Part shown: positions 1-14,719 of the stretch, one piece after another
Position numbering within the stretch: position 1 is the stretch's first letter
How the letters are laid out: every line of letters starts with the position of its first letter
NCBI GenBank assembly: GCA_030390025.1
Contig: CM059431.1
Coordinates: 126,172,001 to 126,236,000, forward strand
Direction: 5' to 3'
Source of the DNA: Squalus acanthias
Taxonomy: Eukaryota
Length of the DNA stretch: 64,000 nucleotides
Position numbers and translations under genes: made by a program
Notes under the pieces: model-generated
What the model saw: the letters and a program-made list of their open reading frames with translations, nothing else
Databases searched by the model: none
What the model was told of the DNA's origin: nothing

Positions 1-1545
1 CACCCTCTCCATGGTGGCACATTCATGTGCCATTGCCTCCACAAAGGCATTGCTTATGTTTGAGATAGAGTCCCCCATTCTCTGTACACTCGCAGTTACC
101 GTGGATGCATCACTCTCTTTCTGGATGGCCTCAGAGGCACAGGTTCCACGTGCAGCTGAGCAGAGCTAGGAGCACCCTGCGGCCTCCGACCTGGACTCTC
201 CGTGCTGTCCCTGTCTCCACCATCTGCTGATGCTCACTCGTGAGCTGTGATACACCAGGTGACAACACTAATCTATCGAGCGAATGACCCACCGAGGTGT
301 GCGTCTCTGCGCTGGTGCTGGCTGAGCTCAACTCTGCTAACGCTGCTCCCTCAGAGGTTGCAGCATCCTCTGAGGAGCCTTCCAGCTCTTCTAACTGGAC
401 AGTGGGGAGGGGGGCTCTCGATGGTCCTGTGGGGGAGAAAAGGCATGAGTTAGACATGTGATATTAACACAGCAAGCACATCGAATTGTGCAGATGTTCA
501 GAACTCAATCTGTATGAACATCAGATGCCATATCAGTCACTCATGCAATGTAACTGAGAGGGCTGCAAATCTATTGTCACCAGCTTGTTCTACTGCGCCC
601 GTCTCACCATCCCTCACTTCCAGATCCTCAGCACCTCTGATGATGTCCAGAGCTGCCTCCTTAGCGGTGGTCAAGTGGGCAATCTAAGGTGGCCCTCCTC
701 CTGTCCTGCCCCTCTCCCTCTTATTGTGGGCTCTCTTTCCCTGCAATGAGGGACACAAGTGGAGTTTTAGTGAGAATGTTGGAGTGAGTGTAGGGAATCC
801 ATAGCATAGACGCTTAGAGGGAGACAAAGATGGAGTGAGGTGCCAATACCAAGGGCCCTCCCTGTGCATTGTTAGTTGTTGTCATTGCATAACAGTGATA
901 GCGAGTGTGAGGGGTGCATAGTAGAATGGTGAAGTGATTCTGTACATAGAGAGAGAGGGATGGTTAAGGGTGCAAGGGATGTAAGGGTAAAGTGGGATGT
1001 GCAGGAGTAGGTTGACAATGCAGAGTGCTGGTGATGAGAGGAGATGGGGAGCAGATTGAAGGCAAGTGTGATGTTATACTCACTTTTGCTGAGCGTAGCA
1101 GATCATTGAACCTTTTCCTGCACTGAACCCAGGAGCGAGCACACAAAGATCTGGAGCTCACCTCCTCAGCAATTTGCAGCCAGGCTGCCTTGGTTTGCTG
1201 AGGAAGCTTCCTTCATCCATTTGAGGGGAACAGAACCTCTTGGTGCCCTCTCACTCCCTCCACAAGAGCATGGAGGGAGTCATCTTCGAATCGTGGAGAT
1301 GCCTTTGATCTTGAAGCAGTCATTTTCAGATGTGCCACAGCAAGAAGCAGAATAGGAATGATCAACAACAAGGCTGCATGGGCCCCTTAAATGCAGCTGG
1401 CTGAGAGACGTCAGCAGAGGCGAGCAGCAGACCTGAACCCACTGATTGGGCCGGGTAGCGCGCAGATTAAACCGGCAGCGGTTCCGGAACCCGCCGAACA
1501 TCGAACCCGACTCCAACCTACCTCCACTCGGAAAATCGCGGCCTT
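1..1545 (-). mobile_element. Harbinger remnant: Myb/SANT-like gene exons and element end
   Basis: RSWVQCRKRFNDL followed by a GT donor, and a downstream RTGGGPP exon. Confidence 0.7.
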
Positions 1546-1559
1546 TATCTCTATAATTT

Positions 1560-1839
1560 GTGACCGAGTCAGCAGTCTTCACTTTGAGACCCAGGGGAAA
1601 ACCAAGGAACTTGAACACAAAATCTAGGCTGACACTTCAGTACAGTACTGAGGGACGCTAGTATGTTGGAGGTGCTGTCTTTCTTATAAGACATTAAACC
1701 GAGGCCCCGTCTGCCTTCTCAGTGAGTGTAAAAGATCATATGGCACTATTCTGAAGAAGAGCATGGGAGGTCTCCCATGTGTCCTGGTCAATATTTATCC
1801 TTCAACTAACTTCACTAAAAACAGATTATCTGGTTATTA
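1560..1839 (+). mobile_element. Deu-domain SINE, 5' part (3' part resumes at ~6199-6353)
   Basis: Similar to the full copy at 22636-23101. ctggttatta flanks both breakpoints. Confidence 0.75.
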
Positions 1840-2017
1840 CAAAAGCAAAATATTGCGGATACATAGATTAAAATCGGCCACATAGACCTACAACACAAAA
1901 GCAAAATACTGCAGATGCTGGAAATCTGAAATAAAAACAGAACATGCTGGAAATACTCAACAGGTCAGGCAGCATCTGTGGAGAGAGAAACAGAGTTAAT
2001 GTTTCAGATTGATGACC

Positions 2018-3705
2018 TGTAGAATTCGCAATATATCGCGATTTTATAAATAAGGAGAAAAACACATAGTTTCGTTCAAACAGCTTTATTTCAGCAGAAT
2101 GGTGTCAGGTTTTCAAAGTGGACACAAGCAGCCTGTAAAATGGCCGCCACGCCTCGTGGCGGAACATTCTAGACTTTTCGACAAGCAGACAAGATGGCGT
2201 TCCAATAAACATTTGTGCAAGATCGATCAAGACTAAGCACATTTAAGATAATACACGAGACATCATGGGTTTGCAGTATACACATAAATACTGAAATCGG
2301 TCTCCCAGGTGCGAATAAGGGCTATTGTACCAAGTAATCAAGAACCCATCCAAAGACATTAATATGCAAAATCCCAACGACTCTACGATGAGAGAGCCGT
2401 TAGCGGGTAGTTACAGAAAACATTTGGGAGCCCCAAAACCCCTCCAGGGAGAACACCGACCGATTACACAATGGGAAAAATATTAACAGGTACTCAGACA
2501 GTTACGAGTATCCCCGAAACCCATTAAAACGGAGATCACCCTGTACAGGAAATTTGAGCGCCAAACCCTAACAAAAGAAAAGACATTGAGGTTGGGCGGG
2601 AAAAGGAAGAGTTTTGCACTATAACTGCAAGCTACAACCGTCCATCTTTCTCTTATCCTCTTGGCTCTTATCCTGCTGCTCGTGCTCTTGACTCGCCGTC
2701 TTGTTCCTGCTTGCCTCGTGTCTCTGCCTCTTGCAGCTTGAAAGACTGTTGAACTTTACGATCCGCCAGGATCTGCCTCTGTGTGGAACTGGGCTGTGAA
2801 GCCTTGGAACGGGCGCACCATCCCGAGAAGTCGGTAAACGGTGTTGGAACCGAAGGCCCGAGATGAGATGAGATGAGATGAGATGAGATGAGATGAGAAG
2901 AGAAGAAGACCATACGTATCGCCACGGTCAGTAAGCTCCGACCGCGCCTGTAGGTCGAATAGACACTTTCCTTGCCCAGGAAGACCATCTTTGAATTTTA
3001 CAGAATTGCCAGGAAGACTATTCTTCGAATTTTATCGCATCAGTGCGAGGGCACATGAAGACTCTTTTTTGAGTAGAGTCGGAACTCCGAGGACAACACA
3101 GATCTTCATGACAGCAGACGGTCCAGCCTGCTAGCCGGAGCAGAAATGAGTAAACAAGTGGGGTACAGAGACCCCTGATCAACACGTGGGTGATCAGGCG
3201 CTGCGGTGAAAAACATCCGATCAGAGTTTTCGGAATTCTCCGAGTTATCACGAGTGGTGAGCATGAGTCTCGATCCTACAAATCTAGCTTAGAGCAGGTA
3301 TTGATAGGGGAGGGTTTAAGTTTTAAGGATAACTGTAATATGTGCCCCCATTTACGATGTGTCGTTCGTTCCTCGTTTCCCTGAAATTAGTTACATAACT
3401 GCGTGTAAGATTGTACTGTCATTAATCTGTGCTTATGACATGTATTTCGTAATCTTAAATAATATGCAATAAAGATTTTCCATTTCGTACTATTCAACCG
3501 GGTCTACCCGAGTTTTCTCTCCATTACTGCTCTCGCATCTAAGTCCAGTGTCAGAACCGTAAGGGCGAGTGGGTCGAACCACTCACAGGTGTCTAGTGCT
3601 CCCAGACTGGCTGGAGACCAGAACAGGCAACAAGGCCTAAACTCGCACTAGCATCCAGGCTGCACAGAGCCACACGAATCCCACAGGTTCAGAGAAACCC
3701 TTACA
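2018..3705 (+). mobile_element. Solo LTR of the provirus B family
   Basis: Colinear with the B LTR, TGTAGAATTC...CCCTTACA, TSD GACC. Confidence 0.95.
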
Positions 3706-4834
3706 GACCTTTCATCAGAACTAGAAAAAGTTAGAGATGTAACAGATTTTAAGAAAGTACAGAGGTAGGGAAAGGGTGGGGGGTGGGGGAGTGTCAAGAA
3801 CAAAAGGGAAGGTCTGTGATAGGGTGGAAGACAGGAGAGATTAAATGACAAAAGGGATGATAGTGCAAGACGAAAGGAGATGGTAATGGGACAAGTAAAG
3901 AAACAAAAGATGGGTCTAGAGGAGGTGTAAATGAGAATAGCAGAATAATTACCAACGGTTGCTGTCTGAAAAAATGGGGACAGTGGTTATGGTCTGAAAT
4001 TGTTGAACTCGAGTTGAGTCCAGAAGGCTGTAAAGTGCCTAATCGAAAGATGAGGTGCTGTTCCTCGAGCTTATGTTGAGCTTCATTGGAACAGTGTAAG
4101 AGGCCGAGGTCAGAGTGGGAGTGGTGTGGAGAATTAAAGTGACAGGCGACAGAAGCTCGGGGTCACGCTTGCGGACTGAACGAAGGTGCTCCGCAAAGCG
4201 GTCACCCAATCTGCATTTGGTTTCCCCAATGTAGAGGAGACCACATCGTGAGCAGCGAATACAGTATACTAAATTGCAAGAAACACAAGTAAATCACTGT
4301 TTCACCTGGAAGGAGTGTTTGGGGCCCTGGACAGTTGGAAGGGAGGAGGTAAAAGGGCAGGTGTTGCATCTCCTGCGCTTGCATGGGAAGGTGCCGTGGG
4401 AATGGGAGGAGGTGCTGTGGGTGATTGAGGAGTGGACCAGGTTGTCGCTGATGGAATGGTTCCTTCGGAATGCTGAAATGGGAGGGGAGGGGAAGATATG
4501 TTTGGTGGTGGCATCATGCTGGAGGTGGCAGAAATGGCGGAGGATAATCTGTTGAATGTGGAGGCTGGTGGGGTGGAAGGTGAGGACAAGGGAATCCCTA
4601 TTGTGGTTCTGGGAGGGAGGAGAAGGGGTAAGAGCAGAAGTGCGGGAAATGGGATGGACACAGTCGACGGCCCTGTCAACAACAGTGGAGGGCAATCCTC
4701 AGTTGAGGAAAAAGGAAGACATATAGGAAGCACTGGTATGGAAGGTGGCATCGTCAGAATAAATATGACAGAGATGGAGAAACTGGGAGAGTGGAATAGA
4801 ATTCTTACAGGAAGCGGGTGAGAGGAAGTGTAGT

Positions 4835-5531
4835 TGAAAGGTCCAGCTTGTTCCGAATGAATTCTGGGATACTTGACTACATTAACCCTATATTTACCCA
4901 TAGAGTAGGGTTAGCTGACTGAAGCACATTTGCAGACTGCAAGACGCCACTTCACTTATCAAACTTCGGAATGTGTGTATTCACAGCCTCAGTAGAGCCA
5001 TTGTCTAAACACAGCCTGGCTTCCCAGGAGAGAAGGGTACAATTAACAACCAACACTGTTCCAGTCACTGGGTACATGAATCACTACGGCCTTGTAGCCC
5101 TCCTGCTTGTTCGACAGTTAAGGATAAAACATGTTTTCTCAAACTATAAACTATGCCGACAACGGGGAAGAGATAACAGCAGGAATGTGGGGAGTAGGAT
5201 GAGACAACCAACATCTGTGACTGGCATGGTCAGAGGGTATCCGAGTTTAAGGGGTGGGCCCGACAGTTGAGTGACTAACCACATAAACCAATAAAGAGTA
5301 ACTGTTGTGACACTGTTTGTACGCGTACGCCCCCATTCTGTAGTAGGTGGGCGTTGTTTATAGAATTGTATAACTTGAATGAACTGCTACTTGTCCCTCG
5401 AGAGTGCGCCCCTAGCTTGAGGAAGCTGAGTGGCTCTCCCTTGTGCACAAGTCTTTTGTTTATTTTAATAAATTCTGAACTTGTCCTCAATTCCGTCTCC
5501 GTCTAGAGTTTCTCCAAATTCGAATCTAACA
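4835..5531 (+). mobile_element. Solo LTR of a further family (697 bp)
   Basis: TGAAAGG...CTAACA with TSD TAGT. TATAA at ~5368 and AATAAA at ~5467. The Penelope sequence rejoins when it is removed. Confidence 0.82.
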
Positions 5532-7639
5532 TAGTCAAGGTAGTTGTGGGAGACAGTGGGCTTACAGTGGATATTGGTCAATGGCCTATCCCCAGGAATG
5601 GAGACAGAGAAGTCGAGGAAGGGAAGGGAAGAGTCGGAGATGGACCATGTGAATGCGAGGGAGGGTGGAAATTGGAAGAAAAGTTGATGAAACTTTCCAG
5701 TTCGGGGTGAGAGCAGGAAACAACACCGATACAGTCATCAACATACCAGAAAAAGGGGACCTGAGTAGGACTGGAACAAAGAATGTTTGACATATCCTAT
5801 GAAAAGGCAGACATAGCTAGGACCCATATGGGTTCCCGTAGCAACACCTTTTCTTTGGAGGAAGTGAGTAGAGTCAAAGGAGAAGTTGTTCAATGTGAGA
5901 ACAAGTTCAGCCTGGCGGAGGAGGGTGGTGGTGGATAGTGACTGGTTGGGCCTACTTTCAAAAAGGAATCAGAGGGCCCTCAGGCCATCCTGGTGGGGGA
6001 TGGAGGTGTCGTGGGATTGGATGTCCATATAGAAAAGGAGACAGTTAGGGCCAGGAAATTGGAAACTGTTAAAGTGGTGGAGGGCGTCGGAAGTGTCGTG
6101 GATGTAGGTGGGAAGATTCGAGATAGGAAGAAATCAGTTCCGTGAGGCAAGAACAGGCTGAAACGATGGGGCTACTAGGGCAGTCCTGTTTGTGGAACTG
6201 GTTATTATCTCATTGCTGTTTGTGGGACCTCGATGTGTACAAATTAGCTGCTGTGTTTCTTATATTAGAGCAGTGATAAAAGTACTTCACTGGCGGTAAA
6301 GCACTTTGGGACGTGAGGTCGTGAAAACTGCTATATAAATGCAAGTCTTTCTTTAACCTAATGCTGGTGCCGACAGCCCTGATTCAGTAATTGTTGCTGT
6401 ACTTTACAATTGAGCCTCTTTGTACAAAGGATAGAGTGTCTGGCTCGAAAATTAGCCATTCAAACTGCTTTTATGCCATATAGAGGCATTTTTTAAATCG
6501 ACTGGTGAAGGCAGAGGACAAGAAGTACATTTGACTAAATATGGATCAGTGCCAGCTCTAACTTGAATTTTTTAAAAGCCATTGGAAGTAGAGAACGTGC
6601 AAGAGATGCTGATGCTGTAACTGTTCATTTTTGGAATGTAACGTGTTCAGCAGTCAGGAGCTGCAGAATATCAATGTCATCTCCACCCTTGTCACTTCTT
6701 GTTTTCTGTTTCATTAATAATAAAAAAAAATTAAGTCCAAGGGTGCAATAAAATAAATATTGACTATAGTTTTCCAAGCTACAAGGCAAGCTATTGTCCT
6801 TCGGTTTACAGATGTGCCATTGAATGCACAGTAATAACTTCAGGCTTCAGGTTTGAACAATACAATACAATGCAATGCAGTCTTGTTCACTGCTGAAATC
6901 CTCAGAACAGTAAATTACCACTGTTGCCCTCAACTGCAATCAATAATTGTATAAGGTAAATGGAAAGACAGATAATAAAGTATGCCTTCTGCTTTATCTC
7001 TTCAAATGTAACTTTTCTAAAAAGGTATTCTGGACCAGAAAATAATTTTACTTTTAAATGAATGCACATGAACAAGAAACATGAAAATTGAACAAAAAAT
7101 ATTTTGTGCCTCCTAGGTCAAGAAACATCTGAAATCATCACCTAAATCATATTTAGAAAGATTAGATATGTGTGCCCTAAGTAAATGTATATATTTCGAC
7201 ATGATAAATGTGGCCCGTTGGCTCTAAAGGTAAAGTCAGAAAAATTGAGTTAGTACTTAGATATAATAGAAACAAGAAATTGCATTGCAGCAATACTGAA
7301 ATGGATGCTGATTCAATTTATCTCATTACAACTGAATCATCAGATTGTTGTATTTGCCTTGTGCAATCCAATATGTGCTTGCTATCTCTTCACTATATAC
7401 TCAGAGCTTTATCAGTATATTTGTGACTGAATTTAATCTGTGGGGGTAAAGGCTAAATTAGAGCACTTCTACTGACCGTCCTCAAAATCTTTTCTGAAAT
7501 TGTATCTTCTCCAAACTGTTCCATGAAATCTCATCTCATTATACAGGAGGTAGATATTGTATGCTGAATAATTGAAACCATCCTGTTACGGAGGAAAATT
7601 GATCACATTGATCTAGGATGCCTGTAGCTCACCCTGCAC

Positions 7640-8082
7640 CATGTCCCACTAGCTCCTGGTCAACCAAAACCACAAATTTTAAATTCTCATCTTCGTGTTT
7701 AAATCCCTTTCATGGCTTTGCCCCTTCCTATCTCTGTAACTACCTAATAATCCCCCCTAAAACCCTCTGAGAACTCTGCTTTCCTCCAAATCTGGACTCG
7801 TGTGCACCCCTATTCCCTTCGCCCCATCATTGATAGCCATGCCTTTAGCAATCTAGGACCCAAGCTTTGGAATTCACTCCATAAACCTCTCATCTCTTCA
7901 CCACCTTCTCTCCATTTAAGGCCTTCCTTAAAACCCACCACTTTGGCCAAACTTTTAGTCGCCCCTCCTAATATCTCCTTCTTTGTCTCAATACCGGTTT
8001 TTGTCTGAATATATTTTAGTGAAGTGCCTTCCGACATTTTTCTCTGTTAAAAGTACTATATAAATACAAGTTATTGTTGTTG
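7640..8082 (+). mobile_element. L2-like LINE 3' fragment
   Basis: AFSNLGPKLWNSL motif and the tail ctatataaatacaagttattgttgttg. Confidence 0.65.
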
Positions 8083-8529
8083 CTATATGACCACAGTTGA
8101 GCTGATACTATCCTCTAATAAAAATATGTTGCATAGGTGCAAAAACACTAATATGCCTAGGGAGTGAAGTCAGGACAACTCATTTACACAAGTAATGGGA
8201 GACCACTTCAGGCAGTAGTCCCACGCCACTTTGGTTTCACATTAGTTGCAGTATATATGCAATCAATGCAAAATGAACTTTTAGCATAATTTTACCAAAA
8301 ATTGCACACTGCTCTTGGTTCTTTGCTAAAATCAAGCATTTAAATAGCATTTGTATGCTGGTGAGCAGAGATCGACATATGTGTGAACACATATACACAG
8401 AACTTTGCTTACCTGGTCACAATATAATGCAGTGCCTATAGTATAACTAAGCACCACCATCTCCATTTTGCTCCAAATGTACTTTTATATTACAGGAGTG
8501 CAGCTAACTGCAGACGGGCAGTTCTCCTT

Positions 8530-10900
8530 TTTTTTTATTCGTTCCTGGGTTGTGGGTGTTGCTGGCAAGGCCAGCATTTATTGTCCATCGATAATTGCCC
8601 TAGAGAAGGTGGTGGTGAGCCACCTTCTTGAACTGCTGCAGTCCATGTGGTGAAGGTACTCCTACAGTGCTGTTAGGTAGGGAGTTCCAGGACTTTGACC
8701 CAGCGACGATGAAGGATTGGCGATATATTTCCAAGTCAGGATGGTGTGTGAGTTGGAGGGGAACTTGGAGGTGGTGGTGTTCCCTTGCGCCTGCTGCCCT
8801 TGTCCTTCTAGGTGGAAGAGGTTCCGGGTTTGGGAGGTGCTGTCAAAGAAGCCTTGGCGAGTTGCTGCAGTGCATCTTGTAGATGGTACACACTGCAGCC
8901 ACGGTGCGTCGGTGGTGGAGGGAGTGAATGTTTAAGGTGGTGGATGAGGTGTCAATGAAGCGGGCTGCTTTGTCCTGCAGGATGTCGAGCTTCTTGAGTG
9001 TTGTTGCAGCTGTACTCATCGAGGCAAGTGGAGAGCATTCCATCACACTCCTGACTTGTGCCTTGTAGATGGTGGAAAGACATTGGGGAGTCAGGAGGCA
9101 AGACACTCACTGCAGAATACCCAGCCTCTGACCTGCTCTTGTCGCCACAGTATTTATGTGGCTGGTCCAGTTAAGTTTCTGGTCAATGGTCACCCCCCAG
9201 GATGTTGATTGTGGGGGATTTGATGATGGTAATGCCGTTGAATGTCAAGAGGCGGTGGTTAGACTCTCGCTTGTTGGAGATAGTCATTGCCTGGCACTTG
9301 TGTGGTGCGAATGTTACTTGCCACTTATCAGCCCAAGCCTGAATGGTGTCCAGGTCATGCTGCATGCAGGCATGAACTGCTTCATTATCTGGAGAGTTGC
9401 GAATGGAATTGAACACTGTGCAATCATCAGTGAACATCCTCACTTGTGACCTTATGATGGAGGGAAGATCATTGATGAAGCAGCTGAAGATGGTTGGGCC
9501 TAGGACACTGCCCTGAGGAACTCCTGCAGCAATGTCCTGGGGCTGTGATACCTTTGTGCTAGGTATGACTCCAGCCAGTGAAGATTTTTCCCCCTGATTC
9601 GCATTGACTTCAATTTTATTAGGGCTCCTTGATGCCACACTCAATCAAATGCTGCCTTGATGTCAAGGGCGTCACTCTCACCTCACCTCTGGAATTCAGC
9701 TCTTTTGTCCATGTTTGCACCAAGGCTGTAATGAGGTCTGGAGCCGAGTGGTCCTGGCAGAACCTAAACTGAGCATCAGTGACCAGGTTATCGGTGGCTA
9801 AGTGCCGCTTGATAGCACTGACAATGACACCTTCCATCATTTTGCTGATGGTTGAGAGTAGACTGATGGGGCGATAATTGGCCAGATTGGATTTGTCCTA
9901 CTTTTTGTGGATAGGACATACCTGGGCAGTTTTCCACATTGTCGGGTAGATGCAAGTGTTGTAGCTGTACTGGAAAACCTTGGCTGGAGGTGCGGCTTGT
10001 TCTGGAGCGCAAGTCTTCAGCATGACAGCCAGGATGTTGTCAGGATCCATAGCCTTTGCTGTATCCAGTGTGCTCAGCCATTTCTTGATATCACATGGCG
10101 TGAATCGAATTGGCTGAAGACTGGCTTCTGTGATGGTGGGGACATCAGGAGGAGGCCGATATGGATCATCCACTCGGCACTTCTGGCTAAAGATGTTTGC
10201 AAATGCTTCTGCCTTGTATTGTGCACTCCTGTGCTGGGCTCTGCCATCTTTGAGCATGGGGATATTCTGATCTGATCCATTGATTGTGGGATCGCTTAGC
10301 TCTGTCTATAGCATGCTGCTTTTGCTGTTAAGCATGCATGTAGTCCTGTGTTGAGCTTCTCCAGGTTGGCATCTCATTTTTAGGTACACCTGGTGCTGCT
10401 CCTGGCATGCTCTTCTGCACTCCTCATTGAACCATGGTTGGTCTCCTGGCTTGATGGTAATGGTAGAGTGAGGGATATGCCAGGCAATGAGGTTACAGAT
10501 TGTGGTGGAATACTATTCTGCTGCTGATGGCCCACAGTGCCTCATGGATGCCCAGTTTTGAGCTGCTAGATCTGTTCTGAATCTATCCCTTTTAGCACGG
10601 TGTTAGTGCCACACAACATGATGGAGGTGTCCTCAGTGTGAAGACGGGTTTTCGTCTCCTCCAGGACTATGCGGTGGTCACTGCTGCCAATGCTGTCATG
10701 GGCAGATGCTTCTATGACAGTTAGATTGGTGAGGATGAGGGCAAGTAGGTTTTTCCCTCATGATAGTTCTCTCACCACCTGCCACAAGCCCAGTCTGGCA
10801 GCTATGTCCTTCAGTACTCAGCCAGCTCGGTCAGTAATAGTGCTATCGAGCCACTCTTGGGGATGGACATTGAAGTCCCCCAACCAGAGTACATCCTGTT
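8530..10900 (-). mobile_element. Decayed non-LTR retrotransposon (APE-RT LINE, a family distinct from the CR1 copies)
   Basis: Broken ORFs with [40 protein letters not shown]. Confidence 0.85.
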
Positions 10901-11049
10901 TTTGGCTGTACTCCTAAATAAATTTGCAGGAACCCAAAGGACTCATTCACCCAGAAAATGCGCCATTGAGTAAAGGCCACCTGGTCCAGCAGAGTAAATG
11001 CAGGGAGCCAGGTCTATGCATTTGCACTTTGAGTCGACATTTGCTAAGT

Positions 11050-14000
11050 TGGGAGGCAGATGGGAGCAGGAAGTCACAAAGGGATACTGACAGATTGAGT
11101 GAGGGGCAAAAGAGTGGCAAATAGAGTTCAATGTGGGCAAGTATGAGGTCATCCACTTTGGATTCAAGAAAGAAAAATCAGAGTATTTTCTCAATGGTGA
11201 CAAACTAGGAAATGCAGAGAATCAAACAGACTTGGGGGGTCACTGTACCTAAATCACTAAAAGCTGGTGGAAAGGTATGAACAATATTCAAAAAGGCTGA
11301 TGGATTGAATGATAGAATGATATAGCACAGAAGGAGGCCATTCAGCCCACGGTGCCTATGTCAGCTCAAATTGGAGGGTATGACATGGTAGCCATTACTG
11401 AGACATGGGGCAAGACGGTCAGGACTGGGAACTAAATATACCAGGTTATAAGATCTACATAAAGAGATGAAAAATAGCAGAGTGGGAGGAGTAGCCTCAG
11501 TGATCAACGATGAAATCACTTCAATGATAAGAGAGGATATAAAGAGAGGTAAGCAGGCAGTGGAGACTTTATGGTTAGAATTAAGAAATAGGAAAGGATT
11601 TAAGACTGTAGTGGGAGTTGTGTATAGGCCCCCGAGTAGCAGCTGTGAAGTGCTAGAATGTATAAATGCAGAGATTAGACAAGCGTTTAGTAAAGGCAGA
11701 GTGGATTTAATAGGGGATTTTAACTTTCAAATAGATTGGGATAAGCAGACTAGCACCTGTCAGAAAGGTAGTGAATTTATTGAGTGTGCCGTGATAGTTT
11801 TCTACAACAATATGTCCTAGAGGCAACAATTAGATTTAGTAATGAGCCAGATTTACTTAACAGCCTAACTGTGCATGAACATTTATCCAATAGCGATCAG
11901 AATATGATTGAGTTCAATGTAACATTTGAAAGGAAGAAACCTGAAACAGCTACTAAGATTCTAGATTTGGGTGAGGCCAACTTCAAAGGGATGAGGCAGA
12001 GACTGTCCACAGTAAACTGGGCAAATCTGTTAATGCTTAAAACGTCAGAAGATCAGCGGGAGATGTTCAAAAAAAATTTGAGGTGATACAGAACCAGTTT
12101 ATACCCCTGAGGGGCGATGAGATCTATTTGCCCCCCAAAAAAAGCCATGGACAACTAAAGAGGTAATGGACAGCATAAAACTAAAAGAAAAAGCATACAA
12201 AAGTGCAAAAAATAGCACAGATCCTGGCAAATGAGAAAGATACAAAGAACAGCAAAGGGTCACAAAACAGATAGTAAGAGCTACAAAAAGGGAGTATGAA
12301 AAGAAGGGATATCAAAATCAACACAAAGAATTTTTACAATTATATTAGGAAAAAGAGTGTAGTCAAGAGCAATGTTGGCTCCTTAAAAACTGAAAGTGGT
12401 GATATTGTCAATGATAATAAGGAAATGGCAGACATGTTAAATAATTACTTTGTCAGTATTTACAGTAGAGGAAGAGGATAGCATGCTGGAAATTCCAAGG
12501 AAACTAATATTAAATCAGGGACAGGCACTCAATAAAATTAATGTAAGTAAAATAACAGTAATGGAGAAAATACTGGCACTAAAGAGTGACAAATCGACAG
12601 GACCAGATGGTTTCCATCCCAGGGTTGTAAAGGAAGTAGGTGAGCACATTGCATATGCCCTAACTATAATCTTCCAAAGTTCTCTAGATTCAGGAACCGT
12701 CCCTTTAGATTGGAAAATTGTGCATGTCACTCTGCTGTTTATGAATGGCGTGAGATGGAAACCAGGGAATTATAGACCAGTTAGCCTAATGTCTGTTGTC
12801 GGGAAATTGCTAGAGTCTATAATTAAGGATAGGGTGACTAAACAACTTGAAAATTTTCACTTGATCAGAGAGAGCCAGCATGGATTAGTGAAAGGTAGGT
12901 CATGCCTGACAAACCTGATTGCATTTTTTGAGGAGGTGACTAAAGTAGTGGATAGGCGAATGTTATTTATATGGACTTCCAGAAGGCATTTGATAAAGTC
13001 CCACAAAAGAGATTGTTAACTAAGGTAGAAATCCACAGAATTGAGGGAAACTTATTGACCTGGTTAGGAAATTGGCTGAGCGGCAGGAGACAGGCAGTAG
13101 GGATAATGGGTGGATACTCAAATTGGCAGGATGTGACTAGTGGTGTCCTGCAGGGATCTGTGTTGGGGCCTCAACTATTCACAGTATTTATTAACAACTT
13201 AGATGATGGCATAAAAAGTCATATATCCAAATTTGCCGATGACACAAAGATAGGCGGCATTGTAGGCAGTGTAGATGAAAGCATAAAATTACAAAGGGAT
13301 ATTGATAGATTAAGTGAATGGGCAAAACTGTGGTAAATGGATTTTAATGTAGGCAAATGTGAGGTCATCCACTTTGGACCTAAAAAGGGTAGCACAGGGC
13401 ACTTTCTAAATGGTGAAAGGCTAAAAACAGTGGAGTTCCAAAGAGACTTGGGGGTCCAGGTACATAGATCATTAAAATGTCATGAACAGATACAGAAAAT
13501 AATTAAAAAGGCTAATGGAATGCTGGCCTTCATATCTAGAGGACTAGAATACAAGGGGGTAGAGGTTATGCTGCAGCTATACAAAACCCTGGTTAGACCA
13601 CACCTGGAGTACTGTGAACAGTTCTGGGCACCACAGCTGAGGAAGGATATAATGGCTTTGGAGGGAGTGCAGCGTAGGTTTACCAGAATGGTACCCAGAC
13701 TTCAAGGGTTAAGTTATGAGGATAGATTAAACAAATTAGGGTTTTATTCCCTAGAATTTAGAAGGTTAAGGGGTGATATGATTGAAGTTTTAAAGATATT
13801 AAGGAGAATAGATAGGGTAGATAGAGAGAAACTATTTCTGCTGGCTGGGGATTCTAGGACTAGGGGGCATGGTCTAAAAATTAGAGGCAGACCTTTCAGG
13901 AGTGAAATTAGGAAACATTTATACACACAAAGGGTGGTAAAAGTTTGGATCTCTCTTCCGCAACTGACAAGTTTAAATCGGAGATTGATAGTTTTTTGTT

Positions 14001-14130
14001 AACTAATGGTATTAAGGGATATTGTCCAAAGGCGGGTATATGGAGTTAGGTCATAGATCAGCCATGATCTTATTGAATGACAGAACAGGCTTTAGGGGCT
14101 CAACAGCCTACTCCTGTTCCTACGTTCCAA
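11050..14130 (+). mobile_element. CR1 LINE ORF2 (decayed) preceded by a short CR1 fragment
   Basis: [50 protein letters not shown]. Confidence 0.92.
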
Positions 14131-14149
14131 TATTCCTATGCTGAAGAAG

Positions 14150-14700
14150 CTATCCAATTAGTCCCATTTCCCTGCTCTTTCCCCATAGCCATGTATTTTT
14201 TTCATTTTCAAGTATTTATCCCTTTCTTTTTTGAAAGTTATTATCAAATCTGCTTCCATCACCCTTTCAGGCAGTGCATTCCATATCATAACAACTTGCT
14301 GTGTAATTTTTTTTTCCTCATGTCCCCTCTGGTTCTTTTGCCAATTACCTTAAAACGGTGCCCTTTGGCTACCGAGGAAACAGTTTCTCCTTATTTACTC
14401 TGTCAAAATCCTTCAAGATTTTGAGCACTTCTATCAAATTTTCCCTTAACCTTCTCTGCTCTAAGGAGAACAACCCCAGTTTCTCTTATCTCTCCACAAA
14501 ATTGAAGTCTTTCATCCCTGGTACCACGCTAGTAAATCCCCTCTGCACCCTTTCTAAGTCCTTGACATTCTTCCTAAAGTATGGTGCCAAAAATTGACCA
14601 CAATACTGCAGCTGGAGCCAAACTAGTGTTTTATAATGGTTTAGCATAATTTCCTTGCTTTTGTACTCTATGCCTCTATTTATGAAGCCAAGAATCCTGT
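14150..14700 (-). mobile_element. CR1 3' fragment
   Basis: ILGFINRGIEYKSKE...LERVQR. Confidence 0.8.
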
Positions 14701-14719
14701 ATGATTGAAGATCTTTTCT

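Larger units (their letters stand above)
1840..6198 (-). mobile_element. Penelope-like element fragment (RT + GIY-YIG), interrupted by two solo LTRs
   Basis: YVDDCIG RT motif (5578..5793), C-terminal GTFPCKRRRCNTC region (4294..4695), and the same terminal repeat as the copy at 61.5 kb. Confidence 0.85.
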
